64,000 nucleotides of DNA from an uncultured bacterium (GCA_965602675.1 CBFCZO010000005.1:2524-66523), one strand, 5' to 3'. Numbered from the stretch's first letter, positions 28,140 through 39,222 are shown. The notes: generated by a model from the sequence alone, not told the origin. Numbers and translations are program-made.

Positions 28140-29611
28140 GTTGTCGGGCCAGTCACTGCTCGTAGTTTGCGCAGGACCTTCATCATCCAGTGATAGATGT
28201 TGTGCTCACGCAGCCTGCGCCGCAAGCGCTGCATCCTCTCTTTCCGTTCCGCTTCGGTCATTCGAACGGCTTCGAGGATCTTATCGGCAAAGCCCTCGGT
28301 GTCGTATGGGTTGACAGGCAAGGAGTCGCCCATATCCTCCGCCGCCCCCGCGAACTCGCTGAGCAATAAAACGCCGTTTTCCTCTACCTGGCTGGCGATG
28401 TATTCCTTTGCGACGAGATTCATGCCGTCCTTCAACGAGCTGATGATCGCCAGGTTTGACAGCCGGTAGAGTGGTGCGAGCGACCACTTGTCGAGTGCGC
28501 CGGTGAAGATCACCGGCTCCCAATCGCCGTCACCGTAGCGTTCATTGAGCTGCTCGATCTTTCTCATCAGCGCGCGCTTGAGCTCGCTGTAGGCCCTGAT
28601 ATTGTCCCTGCTACTGGCCGAGACCATGACCAGCGACAGCCGCCCGCGCCAGACGGGATTATTCTGGAAGAATAGGTCGAGAGCATCGAGCTTTTCCAGC
28701 AGACCCTTGGTGTAATCGATCCTGTCGACGGAAACCGCCACGATTTTATCCTGCAGCTTGAATTTTTCAATGAACCGCTTAATAAAGCGGTTGCTGCGTT
28801 CTGATGCGGCATAGTTCTCCATGTCTTCGACATCGATGCTTATCGGGACGGAACAGACGTGGCAAATACGATCTTCGTGCAGCACCTCTCCTTTGTCGAA
28901 GTCGACCCTGCAATTAATCATTCGATCGCAGGCTTCAAGAAAATGGTTGCTGAACTGGGGCGTGTGAAAAGCCAGCAGATCATTGGCGAGCAAGCCTTCG
29001 AGCAGATCGCGCGCTTGCGGCAGGGCCTGCAAAACCTCCGGGGCGACCCACGGGATATGCCAGAACTGGGTCAGGATGGCATCTGGATTGTTCTGGCGGA
29101 TAGTGCGCGGGCAGGTGGCAAGATGGTAGTCCTGAAACCAGACGACAGATGGGCCGGCGTTGACCTCCTCACCCACTGTCCGGGCAAATTCCCGGTTAAC
29201 GCGCTCGTAACTGGTCCAATACCAGCGGCGAAGGCGAACCTTTTCGAGCATGTTGTGAAATAGGGGCCAGAGGACCTGGTTGGAAAAGCCGTAATAATAA
29301 CCGCGAACTACGGATCGCTCCAGCCAGACTCGGCGCAGCGTGTAGCAGGGCGCGAAGGGCGGCACCGGCTCACGATCGTTTTCATCGGAATACTTGCGGT
29401 CGGCATTGCCCGATCCCCAAGCGACCCATGTTCCTCCTACAGCCTGCATCACCGGATCAAGAGCCTTAGTCAGGCCACCGATAGGCTCGCGAATCTTCTC
29501 ACCGGACTTTGTATAGAGGTGGATGTATGGCTCCCTGTTCGACACCAGGATCAACCGAGCGCCGTGGAAGTTCTGGCGAAAATATTCGGCGACATCTCCG
29601 GCGTTACTCAA
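28136..29611 (-). CDS. otsA: Trehalose-6-phosphate synthase
   Basis: VSNREP, GGL, YYYGFSNQVLWPLFH, QDYHL, FWHIPW, DRIDYTKG and DGMNLVAKEY; TTG start after GAGG. Confidence 0.95.
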   Translation of the reverse strand: MSNAGDVAEYFRQNFHGARLILVSNREPYIHLYTKSGEKIREPIGGLTKALDPVMQAVGGTWVAWGSGNADRKYSDENDREPVPPFAPCYTLRRVWLERSVVRGYYYGFSNQVLWPLFHNMLEKVRLRRWYWTSYERVNREFARTVGEEVNAGPSVVWFQDYHLATCPRTIRQNNPDAILTQFWHIPWVAPEVLQALPQARDLLEGLLANDLLAFHTPQFSNHFLEACDRMINCRVDFDKGEVLHEDRICHVCSVPISIDVEDMENYAASERSNRFIKRFIEKFKLQDKIVAVSVDRIDYTKGLLEKLDALDLFFQNNPVWRGRLSLVMVSASSRDNIRAYSELKRALMRKIEQLNERYGDGDWEPVIFTGALDKWSLAPLYRLSNLAIISSLKDGMNLVAKEYIASQVEENGVLLLSEFAGAAEDMGDSLPVNPYDTEGFADKILEAVRMTEAERKERMQRLRRRLREHNIYHWMMKVLRKLRAVTGPTT

Positions 29612-29826
29612 GGTTGTACCTCTTGATGGAGGAAGCGGCGGAGAGCAGATAAAAAAGACTCAGTTTCATTACAGGTTTTTACCATAACATTGTGCATTAT
29701 AATCCTCAAATCAGCCGGATTTCGAGTCCAGGGCAATAAAGGAACAAGGTACGGATCTTGTTGGCTGAGATACTGCTGTCGCTTGACTTGGTCTCCAATC
29801 GGTTCTACGATTTATTTTCCTCCGGT

Positions 29827-29904
29827 GGTGGGAGTAGCTCAGTTGGTTAGAGCGCCTGGTTGTGGCCCAGGAGGTCGTGGGTTCGAATCCCATCTCTCAC
29901 CCCA
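29827..29904 (+). tRNA. tRNA-His (GTG)
   Basis: Cloverleaf with acceptor GGTGGGAG/CTCTCACC (including G-1:C73), D arm AGCTCAGTTGGTTAGAGC, anticodon arm CCTGG-TTGTGGC-CCAGG, T loop GTTCGAATC and encoded CCA. Confidence 0.97.
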
Positions 29905-30149
29905 CTTTCCCATTTCCCCTTAGCCAAACAAGTACGGCTTCCAGCTTTGTTTAGCGCCCTGGCAACCAAGCCGGAGTGGAGAACGTCTAATTGTCACCGT
30001 TATTACATCGTGAAGTGCGATAAAAGACACATAATATTTATTTGGGGAAATCAATTCGGATAAATATAAGACACAGCAGCTTTTCGCGGGTCACTGAAGA
30101 CTTTGTAAACACAGGTTCGGCAGACAAACAGCACAAGTGGAGAGATGTT

Positions 30150-32381
30150 ATGAAGCGTCTTCAATACCCAATGGTTCCATTAGTTTTCTTGATCTTATCA
30201 AGCTTTCTCAGTCCTGTTGCAGCGCAGACGGAGAGCGCCCGAGCGCCGCAACACGTGCCGCGGATCGATGCGGAAATCACGGTTGATGCAAGGCTTGATG
30301 AAGAGGCGTGGTCGCAAGCACTTGTCTTCGAGCTCGACTACGAGACTTCGCCAGCGGAGAATGTTCCGGCGATCGTCAAGACAGAAGTGCTGGTATTTCA
30401 TGACGCGAAGAGTATTTACTTCGGATTCCGTTGCTACGATCCGGAGCCCTCGGCGATACGGGCTTATTTCAGCGATCGCGATCGCATAGGCAACGACGAT
30501 CTGGTGAACATCAACTTGGACACGTTCAATGACGAGCGGCGGAATTATTTCATGGGATGTAATGCGTTGGGTGCCCAGCGCGACGGCATCGAGACGCCGA
30601 CCTACGGCGATTCGACGTGGGATGCGATCTGGGATTGCGCGGGTGAAATCACCGACACCGGCTATGTGCTCGAGTTCGAGATACCTTTTTCGAGTCTGCA
30701 GTTCCAGCGCGTTAACGGTCCCCAGATCTGGGGTCTGGACATCTCGCGCTGGTATCCGCGATCGGTGAGGCACCGCCTGGGCCTGGTGCCGCTTGATCGC
30801 AACAACAATTCCTACCAGAGCCAGTTCATCAAGATAAGCGGCTTTGCCGGCATTACTCCAGGCACGAACCTGGAACTGGTGCCCACCTTGACCGCGCTGA
30901 AAACCGATTCCAGGGATTCGCTGTCGGACGCCGATTTCAGCACGAGCGATGGAAAGGCCGATGTGGGCGTGACTGCGAGATGGGGCGTGACGCCGAATTT
31001 CACGCTGAGCGGCACCGCAAATCCTGACTTTTCCCAGGTCGAGGCCGATTCGAGACAACTAGATATCAATGAGCCGTTCGCGCTCTGGTACCCGGAGAAG
31101 CGGCCATTCTTCATCGAGGGCGTCGACTTCTTTCGCTCGAAGCTTAACGTTGTCTATACGCGCACGCTGCGCGATCCTGTTTGGGGTATCAAGCTCACGG
31201 GAAAAGAGGGGAGCAACACAGTCGGCGCCTACTTCGTCGAAGACGATCTGACCAACCTGATATTCCCGGGCAGCCAGAGTTCGCAAGCAACATCGCTGTC
31301 GATGAACTCTAAGGCGGCGGTGTTCAGATACAAACGCGACATCGGCAGTAAGTACACCATCGGTGCGCTCCTGACGGACCGGGAGGGCGAGGAGTATTAT
31401 AACCGCTTGCTCGGTGTGGACGGGATTCTGAGAGTCACAAATACCGACCGGATATCGTTCCAGGCACTTGGTTCCACAACGAGGTATCCGGCGGTCGTGA
31501 GCGAAGGTTTCAATCAACCGATGGACGACTTCGGGGACTATGCTCTCTCGCTTAAATATGAACACGTGACCCGAAGCATAAGCTGGTGGGCGAATTTCGA
31601 AGAGATCGGCCCGGACTTCCGTGCCGACCTGGGATACATGCCGCAGGTTGGATACCGCAATGTCGAGGGCGGCCTGTATTATTGGTGGAGTGCCCAGCCG
31701 GGTAAGTGGTGGTCAAACGTAACGATCGGAAGCGACCTAAATTACTACGAGGACCAAGACGGCAATCTCCTCAATAAAAATATTTCGGTGTGGCTCAACT
31801 TCGACGGCATGATGCAGTCTTACCTCCAAGCGCGCGCGAGCAAATGGTGTGAGGCATATAACGGTGAAGAATTTGACCTGACGGAATTTATCTTCAACGG
31901 CATGATGGTCCCCAAGGCTGGATTGGAGTTGTATCTCTTCGGTCGGATGGGCGAGCGCATTGACTACGCCAACACGCGCTCTGGGAGCAGAATTCTTTTG
32001 AGTCCAGCCCTCTCGGTGAACGCCGGTCGGCATATGAAATTTAGCTATAACCACACATTTGAAAGGATGTCTTCGGGCGGCGGGCATCTCTACACGGCGC
32101 ACATCGGCCAGGCGACTGCGATTTATCAATTCAACAGGAAGACCTTTTTCCGCGCCATCCTCCAGTATGTCGATTACCGCTACAACGTCGAGAATTACAC
32201 ATACGATATCGATCAGGAACAAAGGAACCTTTTCAGCCAGCTTCTTTTCTCGTACAAGCTTAATCCCCGGACGGTGCTTTTCCTCGGCTACAGCGACAAC
32301 TATCTCGGCAATCAGGAATTCGGCTTGACGCAGAAGGACCGTACCTTCTTTGTGAAGGTGGGTTACTCCTGGGTGATGTGA
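30150..32381 (+). CDS. CBM9-like/DUF5916 outer-membrane beta-barrel protein
   Basis: Signal peptide, ITVDARLDEEAW, EFEIPFSSLQF, NPDFSQVEAD, PEKRPFFIEG and the C-terminal FFVKVGYSW barrel signature. Confidence 0.88.
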   Translation: MKRLQYPMVPLVFLILSSFLSPVAAQTESARAPQHVPRIDAEITVDARLDEEAWSQALVFELDYETSPAENVPAIVKTEVLVFHDAKSIYFGFRCYDPEPSAIRAYFSDRDRIGNDDLVNINLDTFNDERRNYFMGCNALGAQRDGIETPTYGDSTWDAIWDCAGEITDTGYVLEFEIPFSSLQFQRVNGPQIWGLDISRWYPRSVRHRLGLVPLDRNNNSYQSQFIKISGFAGITPGTNLELVPTLTALKTDSRDSLSDADFSTSDGKADVGVTARWGVTPNFTLSGTANPDFSQVEADSRQLDINEPFALWYPEKRPFFIEGVDFFRSKLNVVYTRTLRDPVWGIKLTGKEGSNTVGAYFVEDDLTNLIFPGSQSSQATSLSMNSKAAVFRYKRDIGSKYTIGALLTDREGEEYYNRLLGVDGILRVTNTDRISFQALGSTTRYPAVVSEGFNQPMDDFGDYALSLKYEHVTRSISWWANFEEIGPDFRADLGYMPQVGYRNVEGGLYYWWSAQPGKWWSNVTIGSDLNYYEDQDGNLLNKNISVWLNFDGMMQSYLQARASKWCEAYNGEEFDLTEFIFNGMMVPKAGLELYLFGRMGERIDYANTRSGSRILLSPALSVNAGRHMKFSYNHTFERMSSGGGHLYTAHIGQATAIYQFNRKTFFRAILQYVDYRYNVENYTYDIDQEQRNLFSQLLFSYKLNPRTVLFLGYSDNYLGNQEFGLTQKDRTFFVKVGYSWVM

Positions 32382-32560
32382 TCGGCAGTAATCCTAGGCA
32401 GATTCTTTGAAGGCCGTCGAATTCGACTACTATTCCGTTTGGATGCAGTCCCGATGGATTCCCCGGTTCCGGACTGACTCACTTTCCCTGATCCCGTGGG
32501 CGGAGAATTTCGGTTCTTCACTACGAGGGAATATTACACCTGCGAAAAAAGACAGGGGAA

Positions 32561-33730
32561 TCAGACCTTGAAGTACTTCTCGAGCCGGTCAAAGGCACGG
32601 TTGATTTCCTCCTCCGGCACGCAGAAGGAGATCCTCGCGTGGCCCTCGCCGTTTGGCCCGAATTCCACACCCGGGGAAAAAGAGACACGCGCTTCTGTCA
32701 ATAGCCTGCGGCAGAATGCAGTCGAGTCGGCTCCGTCCTGGGCCAAAATCTTGGGGAACATCAGGTAGGCCCCCTCCGGGCGCCGGTATGAAAATACGCC
32801 GCTGAGCCCGTCGAGCCGCGAGCACAATAGATCCCTGCTCTTCCTGTATTTCTCCCTGAACCGCCCGATGCAGTCCTGCGGTCCCCTGATTGCAGCAAGC
32901 GCCGCGTACTGCGATACCACCGGCGCGCAGAGAGCCAAGGGAATGTGCGCCTTGGAAATCTGCCTCGCGATATCTTCGTAAGCATGAAGGTAGCCGACAC
33001 GCCAGCCGGTCATCGAGTACGTTTTCGTGAAGGTGAAGCAACTTACAACTCGTTTGCTCAACTCGGGAATCGAAGCGATGCTGAAGTGCCGCGCTCCGTC
33101 GTAGACGAAGTGTTCGTAGGCTTCGTCGGTGATGATCGCCAGGTCATGATCGATAGCGATTTCCGCTAACGATCTCAGCTGTTCTTCCGAAAAGACCGCG
33201 CCGGTCGGGTTGGAAGGTGAGCAATAGAAGATCGCCCTTGTTTTCGTTGTGACAGCTCGCTTTATCGCGTCGAGATCGAGCGCGTAATTCTCCTTTTCGT
33301 CCAGGGGCACGAGCACCGGTCGTGCGGCTGCCAGGGCGATCTGCGAGATGTGAGCGGAGTAAGTGGGAGTGGGCAGGATTACCTCATCGCCGGGATCGGT
33401 TAACGCCATCACAGCCGCTGCGGAACCCTCCATCGCGCCGACCGTCACCAGCACTTGGGATGGCTCAGCGCATATATCGTTAACCTTGATCAGCTTTTTG
33501 GCGATTTCTCCCCTAAGCTCGTAGAGGCCGGAGCTTTCGCTGTAGGCTGCCGCGAGGCGGTCCTTGATCGCCTTGACGGCCGCCTCCTTGATGTGTTCAG
33601 GGGTGTCGGAGCTCGGCCGCGCCCACGACAGCAACACCACGTCGTCCACTTCCCTGGACAGCCGTGTCATCTCGTGGATGGCGGACCTCGAGATTCCCGC
33701 GATCCTCTTGGAGTATCCTCTCTGCTTCAT
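32561..33730 (-). CDS. PLP-dependent aminotransferase class I/II
   Basis: SPSNPTG, DEAY and FTKTYSMTGWRVGY (PLP lysine). Start placed at MKQRGY. Confidence 0.92.
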   Translation of the reverse strand: MKQRGYSKRIAGISRSAIHEMTRLSREVDDVVLLSWARPSSDTPEHIKEAAVKAIKDRLAAAYSESSGLYELRGEIAKKLIKVNDICAEPSQVLVTVGAMEGSAAAVMALTDPGDEVILPTPTYSAHISQIALAAARPVLVPLDEKENYALDLDAIKRAVTTKTRAIFYCSPSNPTGAVFSEEQLRSLAEIAIDHDLAIITDEAYEHFVYDGARHFSIASIPELSKRVVSCFTFTKTYSMTGWRVGYLHAYEDIARQISKAHIPLALCAPVVSQYAALAAIRGPQDCIGRFREKYRKSRDLLCSRLDGLSGVFSYRRPEGAYLMFPKILAQDGADSTAFCRRLLTEARVSFSPGVEFGPNGEGHARISFCVPEEEINRAFDRLEKYFKV

Positions 33731-34074
33731 CTTGCGCCTCTTGCCGAATATCTTCGAGCGGTGGTGGATAAGCTGATCGCCTTTTCCATTGTGTTTCATT
33801 TCACCGGGACACAATGCCAGCGGACGTTGCGAAAAAATATGCATGCGCACGATTGGATATACAAGCAAATAATATACCGGTTGTTGAGAGCCTGTTTGAG
33901 CGGTCTTTGAGCCTTGCTGAGCACGATGGTAACGTGTTCCATCCCCCTTCACCGGACCGGATGGATCCCTGTTTTCGATCCATTTTCTCACAACGCTTCG
34001 CCACCGGATTCATCCGCAACGTTAAAGACTGGATAATCGTTAACTGCGCACATCGGTTATAATCGGCAATCGCC

Positions 34075-34767
34075 ATGATCGAACGTTTTACAAAAGCCTT
34101 AAAACGCACGCCGTTGCTCAGCGGCCTCGACATTAAGGATATCGAGCGCCTCGCCGCGTCTGCTTCAGCCCGGAAGCTCGGGCGAAAGGAACAACTTTTT
34201 CTGGAAGGCGAGAGGGTGATAGGTTTCTTCCTCGTCCTCGAAGGCCTGCTCAAAATCTACAAAGTCTCGGCCGACGGCAAGGAGCATGTTCTTCACCTGG
34301 TTCCGCCCGGGCAGACCTTCGCCGAAGGCGCGCTTTTCGAGTTCACGGGCTATCCCGCCAGCGCCGAGGCGGTGGAGCCGTCGGAGGTGCTGCTGATTCC
34401 CGCCGACGGATTCATCTCGCTGCTAGACAGCAAGCCTCAACTTTGCCGCAAGATGTTCAAGGAACTCTCCGTCTGGCTGCGCAGGCTGACCGACATCATC
34501 TACTCGCTGGCTTTCAGGGACGTCGAGGTGCGGCTGGCATCCTACTTGGTGCAACAGTGCCGCCAGGAGCACGGTGGTCTCGACTCGAGCCGGAAGATCG
34601 ACCTCGGTGTCGAGAAGTCACTGCTTGCTTCCTATCTCGGGACGATCCCCGAAACCTTCTCGAGGACGCTGAAGAAGATGCAGGTCCACGGCCTGATCGA
34701 GGTCGACGGCTCGCTTATCACAATCCTCGACGCCGACGGCCTGCGGGATATGATCGAATCGGAATAG
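34075..34767 (+). CDS. Crp/Fnr family regulator (HcpR/Dnr-like)
   Basis: cNMP-binding-like domain (G.E.VLH...PGQTFAE..LF...YPASAEA) and HTH LASYLGTIPETFSRTL; lies upstream of hcp. Confidence 0.9.
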   Translation: MIERFTKALKRTPLLSGLDIKDIERLAASASARKLGRKEQLFLEGERVIGFFLVLEGLLKIYKVSADGKEHVLHLVPPGQTFAEGALFEFTGYPASAEAVEPSEVLLIPADGFISLLDSKPQLCRKMFKELSVWLRRLTDIIYSLAFRDVEVRLASYLVQQCRQEHGGLDSSRKIDLGVEKSLLASYLGTIPETFSRTLKKMQVHGLIEVDGSLITILDADGLRDMIESE

Positions 34768-34783
34768 TCCTCACGGCGAAAAA

Positions 34784-34803
34784 GGACGGCGCGGAAGCCG
34801 TCC
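34784..34803. terminator. Hairpin after the Crp/Fnr gene
   Basis: GGACGGC-N6-GCCGTCC, preceded by an A-tract. Confidence 0.4.
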
Positions 34804-34973
34804 CCAAGTTTTAGGTTATCCAACGATCAGTCAGCCAGGCGCTCGCCCGCTCCGCACGCTTTCGTCCTTCATCCATCTTGTCCTGGCTTGCCTCGACGCG
34901 GCTCCCGGTGAAATGAAATAATCTGGTTTGGCTACTTGCTTAATATCCTAGCGGACACAGGTCGACCGGGGAC

Positions 34974-34987
34974 TTGATTTAAGTCAA
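34974..34987. promoter_or_regulatory. FNR/HcpR-type box 1 upstream of hcp
   Basis: TTGATTTAAGTCAA, one mismatch to TTGAT-N4-ATCAA. Confidence 0.75.
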
Positions 34988-35047
34988 ATGCACGAAGACC
35001 TAATGACTTTTCTCCCGGAAAGAGTATATATAAAGGTAACCATCCTC

Positions 35048-35061
35048 TTGACTTTGGTCAA
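35048..35061. promoter_or_regulatory. FNR/HcpR-type box 2 upstream of hcp
   Basis: Palindrome TTGAC-TTTG-GTCAA. Confidence 0.8.
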
Positions 35062-35130
35062 ATACCCGGCTCTGGGCCGGCGCCTAAACTGGTGTCTGTC
35101 GGTAATCGATAACCAGGACGAGGGACGACG

Positions 35131-36780
35131 ATGAGCATGTTTTGTTACCAATGCGAGCAAACGGCAAAAGGTCTCGGCTGCACCATCAAGGGCGTCTGTG
35201 GCAAGGACGATACTACCGCGGCGATGCAGGACCTGCTGCTGCACGTCACAAAGGGTATCTCGATGTATGCCCACAGGGCACGGGAATTAGGGGCTGTGGA
35301 TAGGGAGGTCGACGTGTTCGTGATCGAGGCGTTGTTCACAACCGTCACCAACGTCGATTTCGACGCGGAACACATCCAGGATCTGGTGTTTAAGGCCGTC
35401 GAAGTGAAACAGCAAGCCCGCAAGCTTTATGAGCAAGCCTGCAACAAAGCGGGTAAGGAGCCGGAAAGCCTATCCGGTCCCGCTGCACTCGTGCCAGCGC
35501 TGACTCGAGATGCGCTGCTGCAGCAGGCCGCGGAAGTCGGAGTCGAGAAACAAAAGGAGAGGCTGGGCGAGGACATCGCCGGCCTGATTTCCCTCTGCAT
35601 TTACGGTCTTAAGGGCGCGGCGGCCTATGTCGATCACGCTCACGCCCTTGGTAAGGATGACGAGGAGAATTACGCACGTTTCCACAAGGCGCTCAATTTT
35701 CTGGCTGAAGAGAGCCATTCGGTGTCAGGTCTCCTGGCCCAGGCTTTGGCCGTCGGAGAGTTGAATTTCAGCGTAATGTCGCTGCTCGATTACGCCAACA
35801 CTGATGCATTCGGCCACCCCGAGCCGACGGAGGTGCGGACCACTCCCGCCGCCGGCAAGGCGATCGTCGTTTCCGGACACGACCTGCTCGACCTCAAGTT
35901 GCTGCTGGAGCAGACCGAGGGTAAAGGCATCAACGTCTACACCCACGGCGAGATGCTGCCCTGCCACGCCTACCCCGGGCTGAAGAAGTTCAAGCACCTG
36001 GCGGGCAACTACGGCGGCGCCTGGCAGGACCAGCAAAAGGAATTCGCCGCTTTTCCCGGCGCGATCCTGATGACCACCAACTGTATCCAGAAGCCGCGCG
36101 ACGACTACCATTGCCGCATTTTCACCACCGGCCTGGTGCACTGGCCGGGCGTGCGGCACATCAAGGACAAGGATTTCTCGCCGGTGATCGAGGCCGCGCT
36201 TGCCGCCCCGGGATTCACCGAAGACGAGCCCGAGCAGAAGATTATCGTCGGCTTCGGACACAACGCCGTACTAGGCGTCGCCGACAAGGTGATCGAGGCT
36301 GTCAAGGGCGGCACCATCCGCCACTTCTTCCTCGTCGGCGGCTGCGACGGCGCCAAGCCGGGCCGCAACTACTACACCGAGCTGGCGGAGCAGGTACCCG
36401 ACGACTGTGTCGTTATGACGCTGGCCTGCGGTAAATACCGTTTCAACAAACTCGAGTTCGGCGACATCGGCGGCATCCCCCGCCTGCTCGATATCGGCCA
36501 GTGCAATGATGCCTACTCGGCACTCAAGATCGCTACGGCCCTCGCCGACGCCTTCAATTGCTCGGTCAACGAACTGCCGCTATCGCTCATCCTCTCGTGG
36601 TACGAACAGAAGGCCGTGGCGATTCTGCTGACGCTGCTATACCTCGGTATCAAGGGCATCAGGCTGGGACCGTCATTGCCGGCATTCGTAACACCTGCGG
36701 CACTCGAAATCCTGGTGAAGGAATATGACATCAAGCCGATAGGCACAGCCGAAGAGGACCTGACAGTAATCCTCGGTTAA
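35131..36780 (+). CDS. hcp: Hybrid cluster protein (hydroxylamine/NO reductase)
   Basis: [12 protein letters not shown]...[38 protein letters not shown] and LSWYEQKA. Confidence 0.97.
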   Translation: MSMFCYQCEQTAKGLGCTIKGVCGKDDTTAAMQDLLLHVTKGISMYAHRARELGAVDREVDVFVIEALFTTVTNVDFDAEHIQDLVFKAVEVKQQARKLYEQACNKAGKEPESLSGPAALVPALTRDALLQQAAEVGVEKQKERLGEDIAGLISLCIYGLKGAAAYVDHAHALGKDDEENYARFHKALNFLAEESHSVSGLLAQALAVGELNFSVMSLLDYANTDAFGHPEPTEVRTTPAAGKAIVVSGHDLLDLKLLLEQTEGKGINVYTHGEMLPCHAYPGLKKFKHLAGNYGGAWQDQQKEFAAFPGAILMTTNCIQKPRDDYHCRIFTTGLVHWPGVRHIKDKDFSPVIEAALAAPGFTEDEPEQKIIVGFGHNAVLGVADKVIEAVKGGTIRHFFLVGGCDGAKPGRNYYTELAEQVPDDCVVMTLACGKYRFNKLEFGDIGGIPRLLDIGQCNDAYSALKIATALADAFNCSVNELPLSLILSWYEQKAVAILLTLLYLGIKGIRLGPSLPAFVTPAALEILVKEYDIKPIGTAEEDLTVILG

Positions 36781-36803
36781 TCGTGCAGCGATATTTCATT
36801 ACC

Positions 36804-36859
36804 GCATCCGCTTTCAATTCCCTCCCCATTCCCAGACGATTGAAGGCGGGTGCTTTTTT
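36804..36859 (+). terminator. Intrinsic terminator after hcp
   Basis: GCATCCGCTTTCAAT...ATTGAAGGCGGGTGC followed by TTTTTT. Confidence 0.65.
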
Positions 36860-36963
36860 GTTGTGCATATGAATACCCTTCACTGGACGCCTCTGTTTCA
36901 CAAAGGCTAGAATCAGCCGATAACAAGAGAAATTCCCTAACGCCTTGATCCACAGAGGTTCGA

Positions 36964-39222
36964 ATGCGACTTCTCGAACGAGCGGTAAGCGAGCACCCAA
37001 TCGTCGTTGTGGTGGTGTTCGCGCTAATCACTCTCGCGCTGCTGCCCGGCCTGGAGCGATTCAGGATTGATGTCTCAGCGGAGAATTTTATCCCCGACTC
37101 CGATGTCGAACAGCATAATTACAAGCAGTTCCTCGATGAATTCGGACGCGACGATTTCCTCATAGTCATCATCCGCCTGCAGGAGCCCTTTTCCGATCAC
37201 AGCCTTGCTTTGCTGCGCACAACCAGCGACAGGCTGAAATCCCTTGATGGTGTTTCAGCTACTTTTTCGATGGCAGATGCGGTGAAAATCGACAGGACCG
37301 GTCTGATTCCGGTGGCGAGAAGGTTAGTGCCTGAACTGCCTCTCGACGAACAGCAGCGCGCTGAGTTGCGCAGTGTGATAGCCAATCATTCGCTCTTCCA
37401 GCAAAAGGTGGTATCGCCGGACGGAAAGGTTGCGTTGCTGAGTGTGGTTCTCGAGCGTGAGGTCGAGGAGGACGACAGGCGGCGCGCCGAAGTAATCGGC
37501 GAAATCCGCTCTGTTTTAGACGAGGAGCTTTCGGAGCGCGGCTACGAGATGACCGGGATTTCCTTTCTTAAGACGGAGATATCAAGGGCGTCGAAGAGAG
37601 ACACGACGCTTCTGGGTCCGCTGGCGGCGCTGGTCTGCCTGGCCGGGCTGTGGGTGGCCTTCCGCAGTTTTTGGGCGATGTTTGTCAGCTCGGTGGCAGC
37701 GCTAACGGCTCTGCTGTGGACGATGAGTCTCTTCTTCCTAGCCGGCCTTACGCTCAACATGGCGACGACTCTGGTACCAACCCTTGTCATCGCCATCAGC
37801 CTGGCTCAGATCATCTTCATCGTGGCGCAGTACCAGCGAGTTTCGGGCGACGCCTCCGAGCGCGTCAAGCTGGCCCTGCGGCGAGCTCTGCCGCCCCTTT
37901 TCCTCGCTGCGTTGACTACGGCCGCCGGCTTTTCATCGCTCGCCGTGACCCCGGTTGCACCGGTGAGGGAGTTCGGCCTGACGGCCGCCCTCGGTATCGT
38001 TTTCGCCTTCGTGATCGCCGTCTGCCTCGTTCCGGCGTTGATCCGCCTGCGACCAAATGCGATCCCCCTGCACGATTCCGCCCCGAGATCGCGCTGGTTC
38101 GGCTTCCTGTCGAACCTGACGCGGCACCGCGGCTGGATCGTAACACTGACCGTCTTGGTGGTCGCCGTCAGCGCGGCTGGCCTGCTGCAGGTGAAGATAG
38201 AGACGAGTCCCTACGAATTTTTCAGCGAGGACAATCCCCTGAACCGGGCGCGGAGGTTGTTGCGCGAGCACATCGGCTCGGCAAGCTCTTTGGAAGTAAT
38301 GGCCTCGCGCTCCGACGGCGGGCTTTTCGACGGCCCTGCTTTGCGCGAGTTGGCAACGTTGAGAGAGCGTGTCAGGGATCTTCCGCTGGTCAGCGACACT
38401 CTCAGTCTCGTTGATCTCGGCGAGCTGATCGCAGGCGATCCGGCCGGGTTGGAGCGTCTCCTGAGCAGAGAATTGGCTCTGACTACTCCGGCTGCGATCA
38501 GAAGCATCGTGACCGGCCACGGCCTGCTCGAGCGCTACCTTTCAGCCGATGGCCGCAAAACACGCATGACCATCATACTCAGGGAACACAATGCCGAGAG
38601 GATCAGGGCGGCTCTGGAAGAATTTGAGACGATCGCACCTGTTGCCGCGCCCGGACTGGAAATCGTGCCCACCGGTCAGACGGTGCTCTTCGCAAGAATG
38701 GTCGACGATCTTTTCTTCAGCCAGATCTTCAGCGTCACTCTTATCCTGGCGTTCGTGACGGTCGTCTTCATCCTGGCTTTCAGGTCGTTGCTGGTCGGCC
38801 TTCTAAGCCTGATACCGAATATAGCGCCCATCGTAATCACACTCGGCCTGATGGGCTGGCTCGGGATTCCGCTCAACGTGCTTACGATCATGGTCGCCAG
38901 CATAGCGATAGGTATCGCGGTGGACGACACAATTCACCTGATGCAACATCTTCGCTTACGCCTGCAGGAAGGCTGCCGTTACGACGATGCGATAGACGAC
39001 GCCATTAATGCCAAGGGCAGACCGATTCTTATTACAGCGCTGATGCTTACGGCAGCTCTGCTCACTTTGGGAGTGAGCAGCTTTCGACCGACCGTTTATC
39101 TTGGAGTGTTGACGGCGGTAACGATGCTCGCCGCGCTGGTGGGCGACCTCGTGCTGCTGCCGGCGATGCTCCGCTTCTTGCGGCCGAAGGTTTGGTACAA
39201 AAAAAGTGAGCTGATCAGATAA
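36964..39222 (+). CDS. MMPL/RND-family transporter
   Basis: Two repeats of 1+5 TM; LTTAAGFSSL, SIAIGIAVDDTIH and LVLLPAML. Confidence 0.9.
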   Translation: MRLLERAVSEHPIVVVVVFALITLALLPGLERFRIDVSAENFIPDSDVEQHNYKQFLDEFGRDDFLIVIIRLQEPFSDHSLALLRTTSDRLKSLDGVSATFSMADAVKIDRTGLIPVARRLVPELPLDEQQRAELRSVIANHSLFQQKVVSPDGKVALLSVVLEREVEEDDRRRAEVIGEIRSVLDEELSERGYEMTGISFLKTEISRASKRDTTLLGPLAALVCLAGLWVAFRSFWAMFVSSVAALTALLWTMSLFFLAGLTLNMATTLVPTLVIAISLAQIIFIVAQYQRVSGDASERVKLALRRALPPLFLAALTTAAGFSSLAVTPVAPVREFGLTAALGIVFAFVIAVCLVPALIRLRPNAIPLHDSAPRSRWFGFLSNLTRHRGWIVTLTVLVVAVSAAGLLQVKIETSPYEFFSEDNPLNRARRLLREHIGSASSLEVMASRSDGGLFDGPALRELATLRERVRDLPLVSDTLSLVDLGELIAGDPAGLERLLSRELALTTPAAIRSIVTGHGLLERYLSADGRKTRMTIILREHNAERIRAALEEFETIAPVAAPGLEIVPTGQTVLFARMVDDLFFSQIFSVTLILAFVTVVFILAFRSLLVGLLSLIPNIAPIVITLGLMGWLGIPLNVLTIMVASIAIGIAVDDTIHLMQHLRLRLQEGCRYDDAIDDAINAKGRPILITALMLTAALLTLGVSSFRPTVYLGVLTAVTMLAALVGDLVLLPAMLRFLRPKVWYKKSELIR

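Noticed and set aside
29827-29904. tRNA-His as the insertion site of a genomic island
   Set aside because: No integrase follows, and I found no convincing duplicate of the tRNA 3' end. The short match near 62946 lies inside a CDS.
33731-33991. N-terminal extensions given by the ORF track (aminotransferase; also 15706-15828, 41848-41940, 55918-56043, 56765-56929)
   Set aside because: Downstream ATGs match the family N-termini and mostly have better RBSs, while the extensions look non-coding or overlap neighbouring genes.
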